DNA of 44,431 nucleotides from Malassezia furfur (taxonomy: Eukaryota), in assembly GCA_052055015.1 (NCBI GenBank), contig JBQJIT010000041.1. One strand, given 5' to 3'. Positions 33,023-43,358 of the stretch are shown here, in pieces; the first letter of the stretch is position 1; the number at the start of each line of letters is the position of its first letter. The position numbers were made by a program, and so were the translations under genes. Below the pieces are notes generated by a model. It was not told the origin of the DNA, searched no databases, and saw nothing but the letters and a program-made list of their open reading frames with translations.

Positions 33023-35590
33023 ATGGTGCCTGTAGAAATGGCACCTCCTCCGACGCATTCATATTCGCAAGCGGCGACCCATGGCCCTAGTGCGCGGGTC
33101 GCCAGTGCAGCGGGCCCGCGGTCTGGACCCGCCTCCGAGTCGCTGCCGGTGCCGGTGGGTGGTGCAACGCTACCTGTGCCATACGTTGATGTGCGCCACC
33201 GCACCCCACCCCCGCATGAGCTGACGCGTCTGTCCCCACGCGCCTCTTCGGCGATGCCCCACGACGTCGCCGATGGGGCACCGATGGCTCCCGCCAACGA
33301 CAGTATGCCACCGATTCTCTCGAAGCTGAGCGCTGCCAATGAACAGACGTGGCTCTCGATTGGCTCGGCAGCCGAGGCTATGGAGGACTACACGCGGGCG
33401 CTGTCGGCGTACGATTCAGCGCTGCTGCACAATCCCTATTCGGTGCCCGCGCTGAGTGCGATGGCGACCATGTACCGTACGCTGGACCACTTTGACTTGG
33501 CTGTCGAGTGCTTCCAGCGCGTGCTGAACATCACGCCGGACAATGGTGAGGTGTGGGGTGCGATGGGCCACTGCTACCTGATGATGGATGAGCTGCAGAA
33601 AGCTTACACCGCGTACCATCAGGCGCTGTATCATCTGCCGAACCCCAAGGAGCCAAAGCTATGGTATGGCATCGGTATCTTGTACGACCGCTACGGGTCG
33701 CTGGAGCATGCTGAGGAAACGTTTACGAGTGTGGTGCGGATGGATCCCAACTACGAAAAAGCCAACGAGATCTACTTCCGTCTTGGCATCATCTACAAGC
33801 AGCAGGGCCAATACGAGTCGAGTCTGGAGTGCTTTAGGTACATCCTGAACAATCCCCCCAAGCCACTCACCGAGATGGACATCTGGTTCCAGATCGGCCA
33901 TGTGTACGAGCAGCAGGAAGAGTACCAGCTCGCCAAAGAGGCTTACGAACGCGTCCTGTCGGAGAATCCCAACCACGCCAAGGTGCTTCAGCAGCTTGGC
34001 GGCCTGTACATGCAGTCTGCGACGGGCTTCTCGGACCGCGAGACGGCAATTCAACTTCTGTCCCAGAGCCTGGACTCAGATCCGAGCGACCAAAAAGCGT
34101 GGTACCTGCTGGGCCGCGCCTACATGGACGCAGAGGAGTACAACAAAGCGTACGAGGCGTACCAGCAGACCGTATACCGCGACGGCAAAAACCCCGTGCT
34201 GTGGTGCTCGATCGGGATCCTCTACTTCCAGATCAGCCAGTACCACGACGCGCTTGGTGCGTACTCACGCTCGATTCGGTTGAACCCGTACATTCCCGAG
34301 ATCTGGTTCAACCTCGGCATCCTATACGAGTCGTGCAACAACCAGATTTCCGACGCGATTGATGCGTACCGTCGCGTTCTCGAGCTCGAGCCGGAGAATG
34401 CCACTGTGCAGCACCGGCTGCAACTGCTGCAGGACGCTGAAAGCTCTGGTAAGCCTGTACCGTCGATTCCCGCACCGCGCGACGTGAACCCTGCGCTCTT
34501 CTTCACCGCCGCACCCCCGCCAGGCTCGCCGCACCCCGCCGACGAAGCGCGCGAGGGCGCCGAAAGTGCCGCACGGCCGCCCAAGGAGGCCTACCTTCCC
34601 TCGCACGACATGGCCGCAGACAGCTCGGTGGACTTCCCGAAAGGCATGCGCGCGCCACCAGACATTGACACGCCGCCGCGCCGCCGCGCCGACGACGCGC
34701 GTCACACATCGCCCAAGCTGCCTTCCTATGCTGCAACCTACGCCGACTACCGCCACGAGGCGACCGGACCCGGCTACGGCGGCACGGGCCCCGCTTCCAA
34801 CCGGTACTACCAGGCCGCACCGTACGAGTGGGATCGGCAGTATTACGGCAGCGACTACGAGCCTGGCGCGCGCGGCGAACCGATGCCGCCGTCGATGGGC
34901 GGCGCGCGGTCGTCATCGATGCGCTATGCTTACGACGCCCCCTCTGAGCGTGCTCACTACGATATGCGCACCGGCCGTCCGTACAACTCGATGCGCAGTC
35001 CCGGCATGGCGACCCGCGCGGCGCGCGGGCCGGACGAGTACCACGAAGAACCGCCGCGTGAGTCGGCCGCGCTCGATGCGCGCCGCACGCGGAGACCGGG
35101 CGCCGAGCCGCGGCGTGCGCGCGATGTGCCCGAGGCTCGGTCACCGCGGGTCACACCTGCCGAGGCTGCGCGCAAGCCGAGCGGGTCGGCAGCGCGCATG
35201 TCAAAGCCCGAAGCGCGCCCCGAGCCGCCGCGCGCGCCAGTGCCGGCGCCGGCGCCGTTGCGGACGCGAGAAGTGGACGAAGACTACGACGATGGTGCTG
35301 CGAGTGCGCTCATGGGGCTTGCAGGCGCGGCCGCGTCGGCATACGAGGCGTCGAATGCTGAGCGCCAGCGCGAGTCAGAGGCATTGGGCAACCAGGCCAG
35401 CAAGCACACCATTGAGGCTCCCGTGGCGCCGGAGCCGGCGAAGCGGGCACGTAACGATGCTGAGGCACCGAGTGCCGCCGACATGTCTGTGGACGAGGTG
35501 GCACCCAAGCGGGCCGCCGAGAGTGCCGAAGGCGGCCCCGCTCCCAACGCGGCCGGAGTGTCGGGCGAGGCCTCCACCGAGCGTCCCTGA
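33023..35590 (+). CDS. CYC8: General transcriptional corepressor Cyc8/Ssn6 (TPR)
   Basis: TPR array: WGAMGHCYLMMDELQKAY, PKLWYGIGILYDRYGSL, ANEIYFRLGIIYKQQ, WCSIGILY and YESCNNQISDAIDAY. Confidence 0.95.
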   Translation: MVPVEMAPPPTHSYSQAATHGPSARVASAAGPRSGPASESLPVPVGGATLPVPYVDVRHRTPPPHELTRLSPRASSAMPHDVADGAPMAPANDSMPPILSKLSAANEQTWLSIGSAAEAMEDYTRALSAYDSALLHNPYSVPALSAMATMYRTLDHFDLAVECFQRVLNITPDNGEVWGAMGHCYLMMDELQKAYTAYHQALYHLPNPKEPKLWYGIGILYDRYGSLEHAEETFTSVVRMDPNYEKANEIYFRLGIIYKQQGQYESSLECFRYILNNPPKPLTEMDIWFQIGHVYEQQEEYQLAKEAYERVLSENPNHAKVLQQLGGLYMQSATGFSDRETAIQLLSQSLDSDPSDQKAWYLLGRAYMDAEEYNKAYEAYQQTVYRDGKNPVLWCSIGILYFQISQYHDALGAYSRSIRLNPYIPEIWFNLGILYESCNNQISDAIDAYRRVLELEPENATVQHRLQLLQDAESSGKPVPSIPAPRDVNPALFFTAAPPPGSPHPADEAREGAESAARPPKEAYLPSHDMAADSSVDFPKGMRAPPDIDTPPRRRADDARHTSPKLPSYAATYADYRHEATGPGYGGTGPASNRYYQAAPYEWDRQYYGSDYEPGARGEPMPPSMGGARSSSMRYAYDAPSERAHYDMRTGRPYNSMRSPGMATRAARGPDEYHEEPPRESAALDARRTRRPGAEPRRARDVPEARSPRVTPAEAARKPSGSAARMSKPEARPEPPRAPVPAPAPLRTREVDEDYDDGAASALMGLAGAAASAYEASNAERQRESEALGNQASKHTIEAPVAPEPAKRARNDAEAPSAADMSVDEVAPKRAAESAEGGPAPNAAGVSGEASTERP

Positions 35591-35717
35591 GCACCTACCA
35601 CGTGAACCGTGCCCAGCCCGTGCTGCATATACGCTTAGATAATCGTTACCCCATCCCGCTAGAGCCCACGGGCATTTCGCCGCTACCCACGGTTTGTTGC
35701 GCTCCGCCATTGTCGCG

Positions 35718-36931
35718 ATGGGGTTGCTGGATCATGTTAGCTCTGCCGTGAACAAAACGAGCCAGAGCTTCAAGCCGAGTAAAGAAGACCGCGCGCCGGA
35801 AGGCGCGGCTGCGGAGGATACCGAGGAGCTCGATGAGGAGTCGGGCAACATTCTTCTTAGTCTTATCAGCCAACTCCGCATCGGCATGGATCTGCACAAG
35901 GTGACGTTGCCCACGTTTGTGCTTGAGCCACGGAGCATGCTGGAGCGGATTACCGACTTTTTGAGCCACCCCGACATGATTTTTGGCGCGGACAAGTTGC
36001 AGTCTCCTGAGGAGCGCTTCGTGGCCGTACTTGCATACTACATGTCGGGCTGGCACATTAAGCCCAAGGGCGTCAAGAAGCCCTACAACCCGATTCTCGG
36101 TGAGTTTTTCCGGTGCTCGTATCAATACCCCGACGGAAGCCAGGGATGGTACATTGCCGAGCAGGTTTCGCATCACCCGCCCATCAGCGCGTTCTACTAC
36201 GTCTCTGCGGAGAACAATGTACTAATTTACGGTGACCTGCGTCCGCGGAGCAAGTTCCTGGGGAACTCGGCTGCCACGCTGATGGGTGGTGAGACCAACG
36301 TGGTGCTACTCCAGCGCCCCGAAGATGGCACATACCGCATCAGCATGCCGAACATGTACGCGCGTGGTATCATGTTTGGCCGCATGGTACTCGAGCTGGG
36401 CGACACGAGCGAGGTTGAAAACAAGAACAACGACCTTGCGAGTGAAGTGGAGTTCAAGGTGAAGGGCTACTTCACGGGCACCTACAACGGGTGGCGGCCA
36501 AGGTTCAGCGCGGCAACAAGACCATCGGCGAGCTGAGCGGGAAATGGAGCGACAGGATGGAATACAAGGACACGCAGTCGGGCCAGACGCGCGTGCTGTT
36601 TGACGCGCACAATGCGCCGGCGGTCCAAAAAGAAGTGCCTCCACTCGAGCACCAAGAACCCACCGAGTCGCAGCGCCTGTGGGCCACGGTGACGGAAGGC
36701 ATCAAGAAGAAGAACATGGACCTTGCCACGGAGGCCAAAACGGCGATCGAGGAGGCACAGCGTGAGCAGGCGCGCCAGCGCGAGGCTGAGGGCAAGGCGT
36801 GGTCGCCGCACTTTTTCAAGCTGCTGCCCGACGGGCGCTATGTGCCCAAGCTCGAGGCGCTCCCGCAGCCGTACCACCCGCCAAACGTGGAGAAATACTT
36901 TGCGTCGGGCGCGTCGGGCGCGCAAGCTTAA
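35718..36931 (+). CDS. Short (ORD-only) oxysterol-binding protein homologue, Osh6/Osh7-like; apparent 1-nt frameshift at about 36489
   Basis: SQLRIGMDL.KVTLPTFVLEPRSMLE, KKPYNPILGEFF and EQVSHHPP. The C-terminal half (SGKW, ESQRLW, AKTAIEEAQR) continues in another frame. Confidence 0.9.
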
Positions 36932-36971
36932 CTTCGCATATATAGTACCGTACCTTGACCGATTATGTAGC

Positions 36972-37735
36972 TCACTCTGCCTGGCTCGAGTGACCGCTTC
37001 CCCCGGACGACATACTGTGCGCCGACTCATCCACAAAAAAGTGTTGTGGAGGCAGTAGCCAGTCGGGTACGAAGTCAATGGGCGGGAGGGTGACGAGGTC
37101 CGTGTCGAACATTTCGATGAAACGTTCATTGGCACTTCGCGAGAGCGATCCAGCGAAGCTGCGGTACTGATGGTGTGAGTGAGGCGCCACACAACGTACC
37201 TCTACCAAGATGCTCAGAATGTTCCAGCCTTGCATCTTGCGCAGGCAGCCCAGCAAGGTACCTGTTTCGAAAATGCCAGCCCTGCGTGAGACCATGGCGC
37301 AACATACGTATCTGTAACGAGCACCGGGTGGTTGCGCACGTCGAGCAACAGTTCCAGTGCGTCTTTGACGATGGATTCGAGTACGCTGAACGAGTTGATT
37401 TCGTGAGGCGACATGAACAGGCGACTCGCCTTGGACGCTGCACCGTATGTGTGCATCATGCCCGCGACATTAGGTGTGGGCCATCTCCTCTCAATGCCAA
37501 AGTGATGCAGTTCGATATGGTTCTTGGCGCAAAAGGACTCGAGCGCCGTCGAGGGGTACTCGATGGAGAGTAGCACGATGCTGCGCAGCCCAAGCGACGC
37601 GAGAAACGCGAATGACTCGGGCGTCGACGAGGGGTCGCCACTGCGGAAAATGTGTGGGCACACATGCGCAAATTCCGGCGGGGTCGTTGCCGCAGCTAGC
37701 TCGACTGTGGGCGGCGCCTCCGTCCGCGCGCTCAT
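36972..37735 (-). CDS. Siw14/OCA-family tyrosine-phosphatase-like protein, probably catalytically dead (Oca4/Oca2-like); introns 37282-37307 (26) and 37167-37199 (33)
   Basis: PPEFAHVCPHIFRSG, ALELLLDVRNHPVLV, TGTLLGCLRKMQGWNILSILVEYRSFAG and FIEMFD. Confidence 0.8.
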
Positions 37736-37838
37736 CGCATCGAGTCAATGCTGAGTCAGCGCGCGCGTTGGGGTTGGCCCCTGCGCAGGGGCCACCGCGC
37801 GCCGTGTATTTGAAGCGCGAGTGGCGTTGTGGGCCACC

Positions 37839-39626
37839 ATGGATCTGGCCATGGACCGACTCACCGAGGGGTTCACACACTTGGGGTGTGCGGACCCGTC
37901 GGCTGCAAATGATCTAGACAAGCAAGCATGCTTATCACGACAACTGCGACGAATGATAGACCGCGGGGGTGGCGAGGTGCTCGTCGCGCTAGTCGGCGAT
38001 GCCCCCGCCCCGCGGGGCACGTACGAGGTGCTCCACGTACCATGGGCGCTGCAGGCCGCATGCCGTGAGCAGATCGAGGCATCTGCCACGACGCTCGGTG
38101 CGAATGTGACGCAGCCATACGCCTCGGCGACGCACGAGCGCACGGTACTGCTCGTGCGAGCGGTGCCGCGGGTCGAGGAGGAGCACATCGAGGTGCGTGT
38201 CGCGATCGTCGGCAATGTGGATGCCGGCAAGAGCACGCTGCTGGGCGTGCTGACCAAGGGTGCGCTAGACGACGGGCGTGGGCGCGCGCGCGTAGGCCTG
38301 TTCCGGCACAAGCATGAACTGGATACGGGGCGTACGTCGAGTGTCGGCACCGAGGTGATGGGCTTTCGTGCCAACGGCCAGCCCGTCGTGGAGCTGCACG
38401 CAGATAGCACAGCGGCTCGGCGCGTGGCATGGGAGACAGTTTGCCGTGAGGCGGCCAAGGTTGTTTCGTTTATCGACCTCGCCGGCCACGAGCGCTACCT
38501 CAAGACGACCGTGTACGGCATGACCAGTGGGCTGCCAGACTACGTGGTGCTCATGGTCGGTGCAAATGCCGGTCTGATTGGGATGAGCAAGGAGCATCTC
38601 GGGATTGCGCTGGCGCTCGGCATCCCCGTGTGTGTGGTGGTGACCAAGGTGGACATGTGCCCTGCACACGTCCGCGAGGCGACGCTGAAGCAGATTTTCA
38701 AGGTGTTGCACTCACCCGGTTGCCGCAAAACGCCCGTACGCATCGACAGTGCCGAAGCGCTCGCAGATGCCGCGGCGCAGCTGCCCGTGGAGCGCATCTG
38801 CCCCGTGTTTGAGGTGAGCAACGTCACGGGCGAGCACCTCGATTTGTTGCGCAGCTTCTTCAACCTGCTGCCCTCGAGCCAGGCGCGCTACGTGCCACTG
38901 CAGCACGAGCCCGTCGAGATGCCTATCACGGACGTGTTCAGCGTGCCGTTCGTCGGGACGGTGGTGTCTGGCGTGCTGACGTCCGGCGTCGTGAATGCCG
39001 GCGACACACTGCTGCTTGGCCCCGACAGCCTGGGCCAGTTTACGCCGACGGCGGTGCGCTCTATCCAGCGCAAGCGCGTCCCTGTGGAGAGCGCTAGTGC
39101 CGGGCAGTCGGTGAGCTTTGCGCTAAAGCGCATTCGGCGCAACCAGGTGCGCAAGGGTATGCTGCTCCTTGCGCGCACGGCGCAAGCGCCCGTGGCCCAT
39201 CAAGAGTTTGAGGCCGAGGTGCTCTGTCTGTACCACAGCACCACGCTCTCCCTTGGCTCGTGCATTGTGCTGCATGCTGCCAGCATCCGGCAGACGGTAC
39301 GGATCGTGGCGATTGCCAAGATGGACGCGCATACCGCGCGGCCGGCGGCGGCATTGCGCCACGCCACGGACGACACCAAGCCTGTGGTGCGCATGGGCGA
39401 CCGTGCGCGCGTTCGGCTGCAGTTTATGGCTCAGCCCGAGTACATCCGGCCGGGCACCAAGCTGATTGCACGCGAGGGCAAGACGCGGCTCGTGGGCGTC
39501 GTGCGCGACGTGGGCGATGCGATGCAGCTGACGCCGGCAGCACCGGCACCGCGGCTCGCGGCGCGCCCGGCGGGTACCCCTGCGTTGGCTGTGCCGTCTG
39601 CGACAAGATTGTCAGGAACTGCGTAG
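37839..39626 (+). CDS. GTPBP1/2-like translational GTPase
   Basis: G1 GNVDAGKST, DDGRGRAR...FRHKHE..TGRTSS, G3 DLAGHERY and G4 TKVD. EF-Tu-like domains II and III. Confidence 0.92.
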   Translation: MDLAMDRLTEGFTHLGCADPSAANDLDKQACLSRQLRRMIDRGGGEVLVALVGDAPAPRGTYEVLHVPWALQAACREQIEASATTLGANVTQPYASATHERTVLLVRAVPRVEEEHIEVRVAIVGNVDAGKSTLLGVLTKGALDDGRGRARVGLFRHKHELDTGRTSSVGTEVMGFRANGQPVVELHADSTAARRVAWETVCREAAKVVSFIDLAGHERYLKTTVYGMTSGLPDYVVLMVGANAGLIGMSKEHLGIALALGIPVCVVVTKVDMCPAHVREATLKQIFKVLHSPGCRKTPVRIDSAEALADAAAQLPVERICPVFEVSNVTGEHLDLLRSFFNLLPSSQARYVPLQHEPVEMPITDVFSVPFVGTVVSGVLTSGVVNAGDTLLLGPDSLGQFTPTAVRSIQRKRVPVESASAGQSVSFALKRIRRNQVRKGMLLLARTAQAPVAHQEFEAEVLCLYHSTTLSLGSCIVLHAASIRQTVRIVAIAKMDAHTARPAAALRHATDDTKPVVRMGDRARVRLQFMAQPEYIRPGTKLIAREGKTRLVGVVRDVGDAMQLTPAAPAPRLAARPAGTPALAVPSATRLSGTA

Positions 39627-39643
39627 CTGTATACGATCGATGC

Positions 39644-40888
39644 TCATGTACGGGTGGCGGGTTTTGGGGGGTTGTTCCAACTGAGGTAGTTGAGATCGCC
39701 CGGGCGGCGCGGCTTGACCAGCTGCTTCGCGGCGAGGACCAGGGCAAGCGCAAAGCACAGCACCGCGACAGAGATGTGCAGCAGGCCGAGCTCGAGGTTA
39801 CGCCCGCCGACCCAGGTAGTGGTGCTGATGATCATCGCCTTGGTCCCGTCGAACATGGCGACGGGGTAGTTGTCGTCGATGGTCACGCGGTAGCGCCCGA
39901 CGGCCATGGGGTCGTTGTCGTTGCGCTTGTACAGCTTGCGGAAGGTCGGGAAGCTAGCGGTGCGCATCCACACCTGGAAGTGCTCGTCTTCGCGCGGGTT
40001 GAACACCTGACCTTCCTGGTATCCGTTCGGATATCCATACGGGCCGGTGGCACCTTGCCAAAAAGGCGGTGGCACAATATCGCTCGCGTTATACGTCGGG
40101 GTCTCGTACCGCTTGTACTCGCCAGACCAAACAATCCCCTTTTCGCTCATCGTGTAGTTGCGCACGGGCTGCGCCGCGGCGTCGAGCAGCACAGGGTCGG
40201 AGAAGGTGTCGTTGAACATGCTGTTGGCGATCAGGCCGCACGGGTAGATACCCTTGCCTGTCGCGGGATCGCGGCCGACCGGTTTGCACTGCCCGTCGTG
40301 TAGCTGTTTGGCGGTGCGCGGCTTGCTGAGCATTTGCTCGTAGTCGACGCTCTTAAGGTACCGACGGTGGTTTTGGTAAAAGTTGGTCAGCCGGTAGTAG
40401 AGGAACACGCCGCCGCTCAGCTCGTTGGGCACGCTGAACGAGATCGTGCACCGGTATGCCGCCGGGTTCCCCTCGGGCACGGGGATTGGCGTGACGGACC
40501 ACTGCGGCGGCGCATATGCCGACGAGTCGAGGTTGTGGAAGTGGTACCACACCTTGTCTGCGGGCATGTCCACGGGGGGCTGGTTCGGCGTGAGCCGGCG
40601 GCAGTCAGTGTAGTCGATGGTCAGCTCGTTCACCTGTTCCACCGACCAGTAGGCCACTGCACCGATGACGGCAAACAACACGCTGATGCCCACCAGCAGC
40701 GGCAGCACCGTGGCGTGCGTCAGCAGCGGGTGCCACGCCTTGAGGCGCTGTTGCCGTAACGCCGTGTTCGCGGGACGCTGCAGCATGTACGGCTTCTTCT
40801 GTTCCTTGGCATCCTCGCCGTCCTCTGGCCGGTCCGCGTCCGCGTCCTCCTCGCGGTCGCCCCACCGCGGGCGCAATCGCGACAACAT
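39644..40888 (-). CDS. CDC50: Cdc50/Lem3 P4-ATPase (flippase) beta subunit
   Basis: RPANTALRQQRLKAWHP, YYRLTNFYQNHRRY, PCGLIANSMFNDTF and EHFQVWMRTA. Two transmembrane segments. Confidence 0.95.
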   Translation of the reverse strand: MLSRLRPRWGDREEDADADRPEDGEDAKEQKKPYMLQRPANTALRQQRLKAWHPLLTHATVLPLLVGISVLFAVIGAVAYWSVEQVNELTIDYTDCRRLTPNQPPVDMPADKVWYHFHNLDSSAYAPPQWSVTPIPVPEGNPAAYRCTISFSVPNELSGGVFLYYRLTNFYQNHRRYLKSVDYEQMLSKPRTAKQLHDGQCKPVGRDPATGKGIYPCGLIANSMFNDTFSDPVLLDAAAQPVRNYTMSEKGIVWSGEYKRYETPTYNASDIVPPPFWQGATGPYGYPNGYQEGQVFNPREDEHFQVWMRTASFPTFRKLYKRNDNDPMAVGRYRVTIDDNYPVAMFDGTKAMIISTTTWVGGRNLELGLLHISVAVLCFALALVLAAKQLVKPRRPGDLNYLSWNNPPKPATRT

Positions 40889-40927
40889 GGTGGTCACGTG
40901 GCGAGTACGCCGCTACTTCGTCCCCAT

Positions 40928-43329
40928 ATGGCCGCCGCCGACATCGCGCCGCGGACGGCGCTGGGCGCCGCGCGGCCGCCGGATTTGGCGCATACATTAT
41001 ACCCCCGCACGCGCGGTGTCGTAGATCTCGATGCGTTGCGTGTCTCATGCATTGCCGGCGAGCTGCACACACATCCACCGTGGGTACGCACGCAAGCATA
41101 CAAGCTGCTGCTCGGCTACCTGCCGCCAGACGTATCCGCGTGGGCCACCACGCTGCACCGCCGGCGCACCGAGTACTGGCAGTTCCTTTCCGACCTCTCC
41201 GATGAGCAGCAGACGGGCGCGTATGCGGCACGCTCGCCCGATCGCGTGCTCGATCAGGTGTACAAGGACCTGTTCCGCGCTGCAGACGTCGACCCTGACT
41301 TTTACGACGCACCTGCGCGATGGATCAGCGACGCATACGCCGCAGGCGCACGCCATTGTCTCCTTGAGCGCCTTGAGCGTGTGAACCAAGATTTCGCGCG
41401 TGCCGCGGCGCACGACCGGCCGCGGCACGCGCGCTTCGTCGACCGCCAATGGCACGCGGTGCTCCGTGTGCTCTTCCTGTATGCGATGCTCAATCCGAGC
41501 ATTGGGTACATCCAGGGCATGAATGAAGTTGTGTATGTGCTGCTTCATGCGTTTTTTGCGACGCGCGACGACGACCTCGGCACTGGCACAGCGTCCGACC
41601 GCGCCGTGCTCGGGCTGGACAACACGGCAGACGCCGAGGCCGATGCGTTCTGGTGCTTCTCACTACTGATCGGGGGGCTGCGCGAGGTATACGACTTTGG
41701 GCAGGGCGACCCGACGACCGTTCAGGCGATGCGCGGCCTCGCCGATCCACTTCACGACGACGCACGGCCGCCGGACAATGGGCTGGCGGTCGCGCTGCAT
41801 CGCATGAGCGCCCAGCTCGCGCAGTTTGACCCGATGCTCGCCGAGGTTTTGGCGGAGCACCAGCTCGACCCGCGACTGCCGTACTATTCCCTGCGGTGGC
41901 TCGTATGTCTGTACGCATGTGAGTTTCCGTGGCCCGGTGTGCTGCGTTTATGGGACGTGCTACTTGCCCAGAAGCACGACTTGCGCACCGCGCACGGCAT
42001 GACCAATGCACAAATCCACTTTTTGCTCGACGTTGGCTGCGCGCTCCTGGTGTCGGAGCGCGAAGCAATCCTGTCGCTCGCCCACACAACACCCGACGTC
42101 TTCCAGCATGCCATCGAGCTGCTCCAACCGCGCGCACCGCACGACGTAAGCCGCGTGCTGGCGCTTGCGTTGGACATCTTGCATCAGCGCGCGCAACAGG
42201 CGACGTTGCCACGCACCGCCGCCGGCCGGCGGCAGCCGCCGATGGGCGCTCGGAGTCAACGCAACACATCGCTGCAACAGCGCCTCGCAGCGACGGTGCA
42301 GCGCACGCTACATGCGCCGCCCGCGCGAGCGGCCACCTGGACGCCGGGCATGCCATCGCAGCGCGCGCCGAACACCGACGCCCCCGCACCGGATGCACCC
42401 ACGCCGTCCGCCGCTGTCCATGCGCCTGTGTCGGCGCCCGTGGGCAGCGACATGGCGCCCCGCACGCCGACCAAAGCGCCGGTCGAGCCTGTCCAGGCCT
42501 CGCCGTCGAGCCCCAGTACGCCGTCGATCGCATCATCGAGCCGTGCGCTCTTCCGGCGATACACTGAGGCGCTCCAGGACAGCAATGCAGCCGCGAGTGT
42601 GTCCAAGGCGCGTACGAACCTAGCCGCCAAGGCGCTCGCGTGGCGCTCCGCCTCGAGCAGCTCTGCGAGCGACGGCGTTCTGACGCCTGCATCGCCGCCC
42701 ACGACGGCGCCCGCGGCGGCGCCCGACGTGCCGCAATTTCCGATCCCCTCTGTGGTCGACTCACCGCAGGACCGTGACGCGTACCATGTCCTGGCGCGTC
42801 CGCGCACCGGCCTTCCGCCCGTGTCGACGCCCACGCCTGACGCGGCGCGGCGCATTGTGTCGAGCCATTCGCCCGCAGCATCCGAGGACGACTCCTTCAA
42901 CTCGATCGCCAGCGGCGTGATGCACCTGTCGCTTCCGAGTATGCGGAAGGCCGCACAGATGGGCCTGCTGCATACGCCGCCGTCGAGTGACGCGCCGTTT
43001 GGTGTGTCGCTCAACTCATCCGAGACGTCGCCGAGCCAGGGCGCGGGCCTGACGCGGCGCATCCCTTCGGGACGCGGCGCATCCCTTCGGGACAGCGCGT
43101 GATGCGCCGCCGGGTGTCGGACCGTGCGCCGGAGCTGGGTGGATCGCCCAACGACGCGCCGGCGCCCGTGCGGCCCATGCCGACCGCGCGTGGCCCGCGC
43201 GTGCGCACGCACGACGTGGCACCGGCGTCTACGGCCGACGGCGCGGCAGACAGCCCCGGCGCACATGCCACCGAGCACCTCGACGCGCTGCTACACGAAC
43301 TGCAGACGACCGAGTGGATCCGGGACTAA
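40928..43329 (+). CDS. TBC-domain Rab GTPase-activating protein (TBC1D13-like); frame broken at 43051-43090 by a 20-bp tandem duplication (stop at 43102 as given, 43329 if corrected)
   Basis: YKLLLGYLP, Arg finger KDLFR, Gln finger NPSIGYIQGMNE, EADAFWCF and YSLRWL...LRLWD. Confidence 0.85.
43051..43090 (+). repeat. Perfect 20-bp tandem duplication (GACGCGGCGCATCCCTTCGG x2)
   Basis: Directly visible in the sequence. Removing one copy restores the frame: ...LTRRIPSGQRVMRRRVSDR... Confidence 0.95.
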
Positions 43330-43358
43330 GTATAGTAGATGATACACCTCGCATTGCA

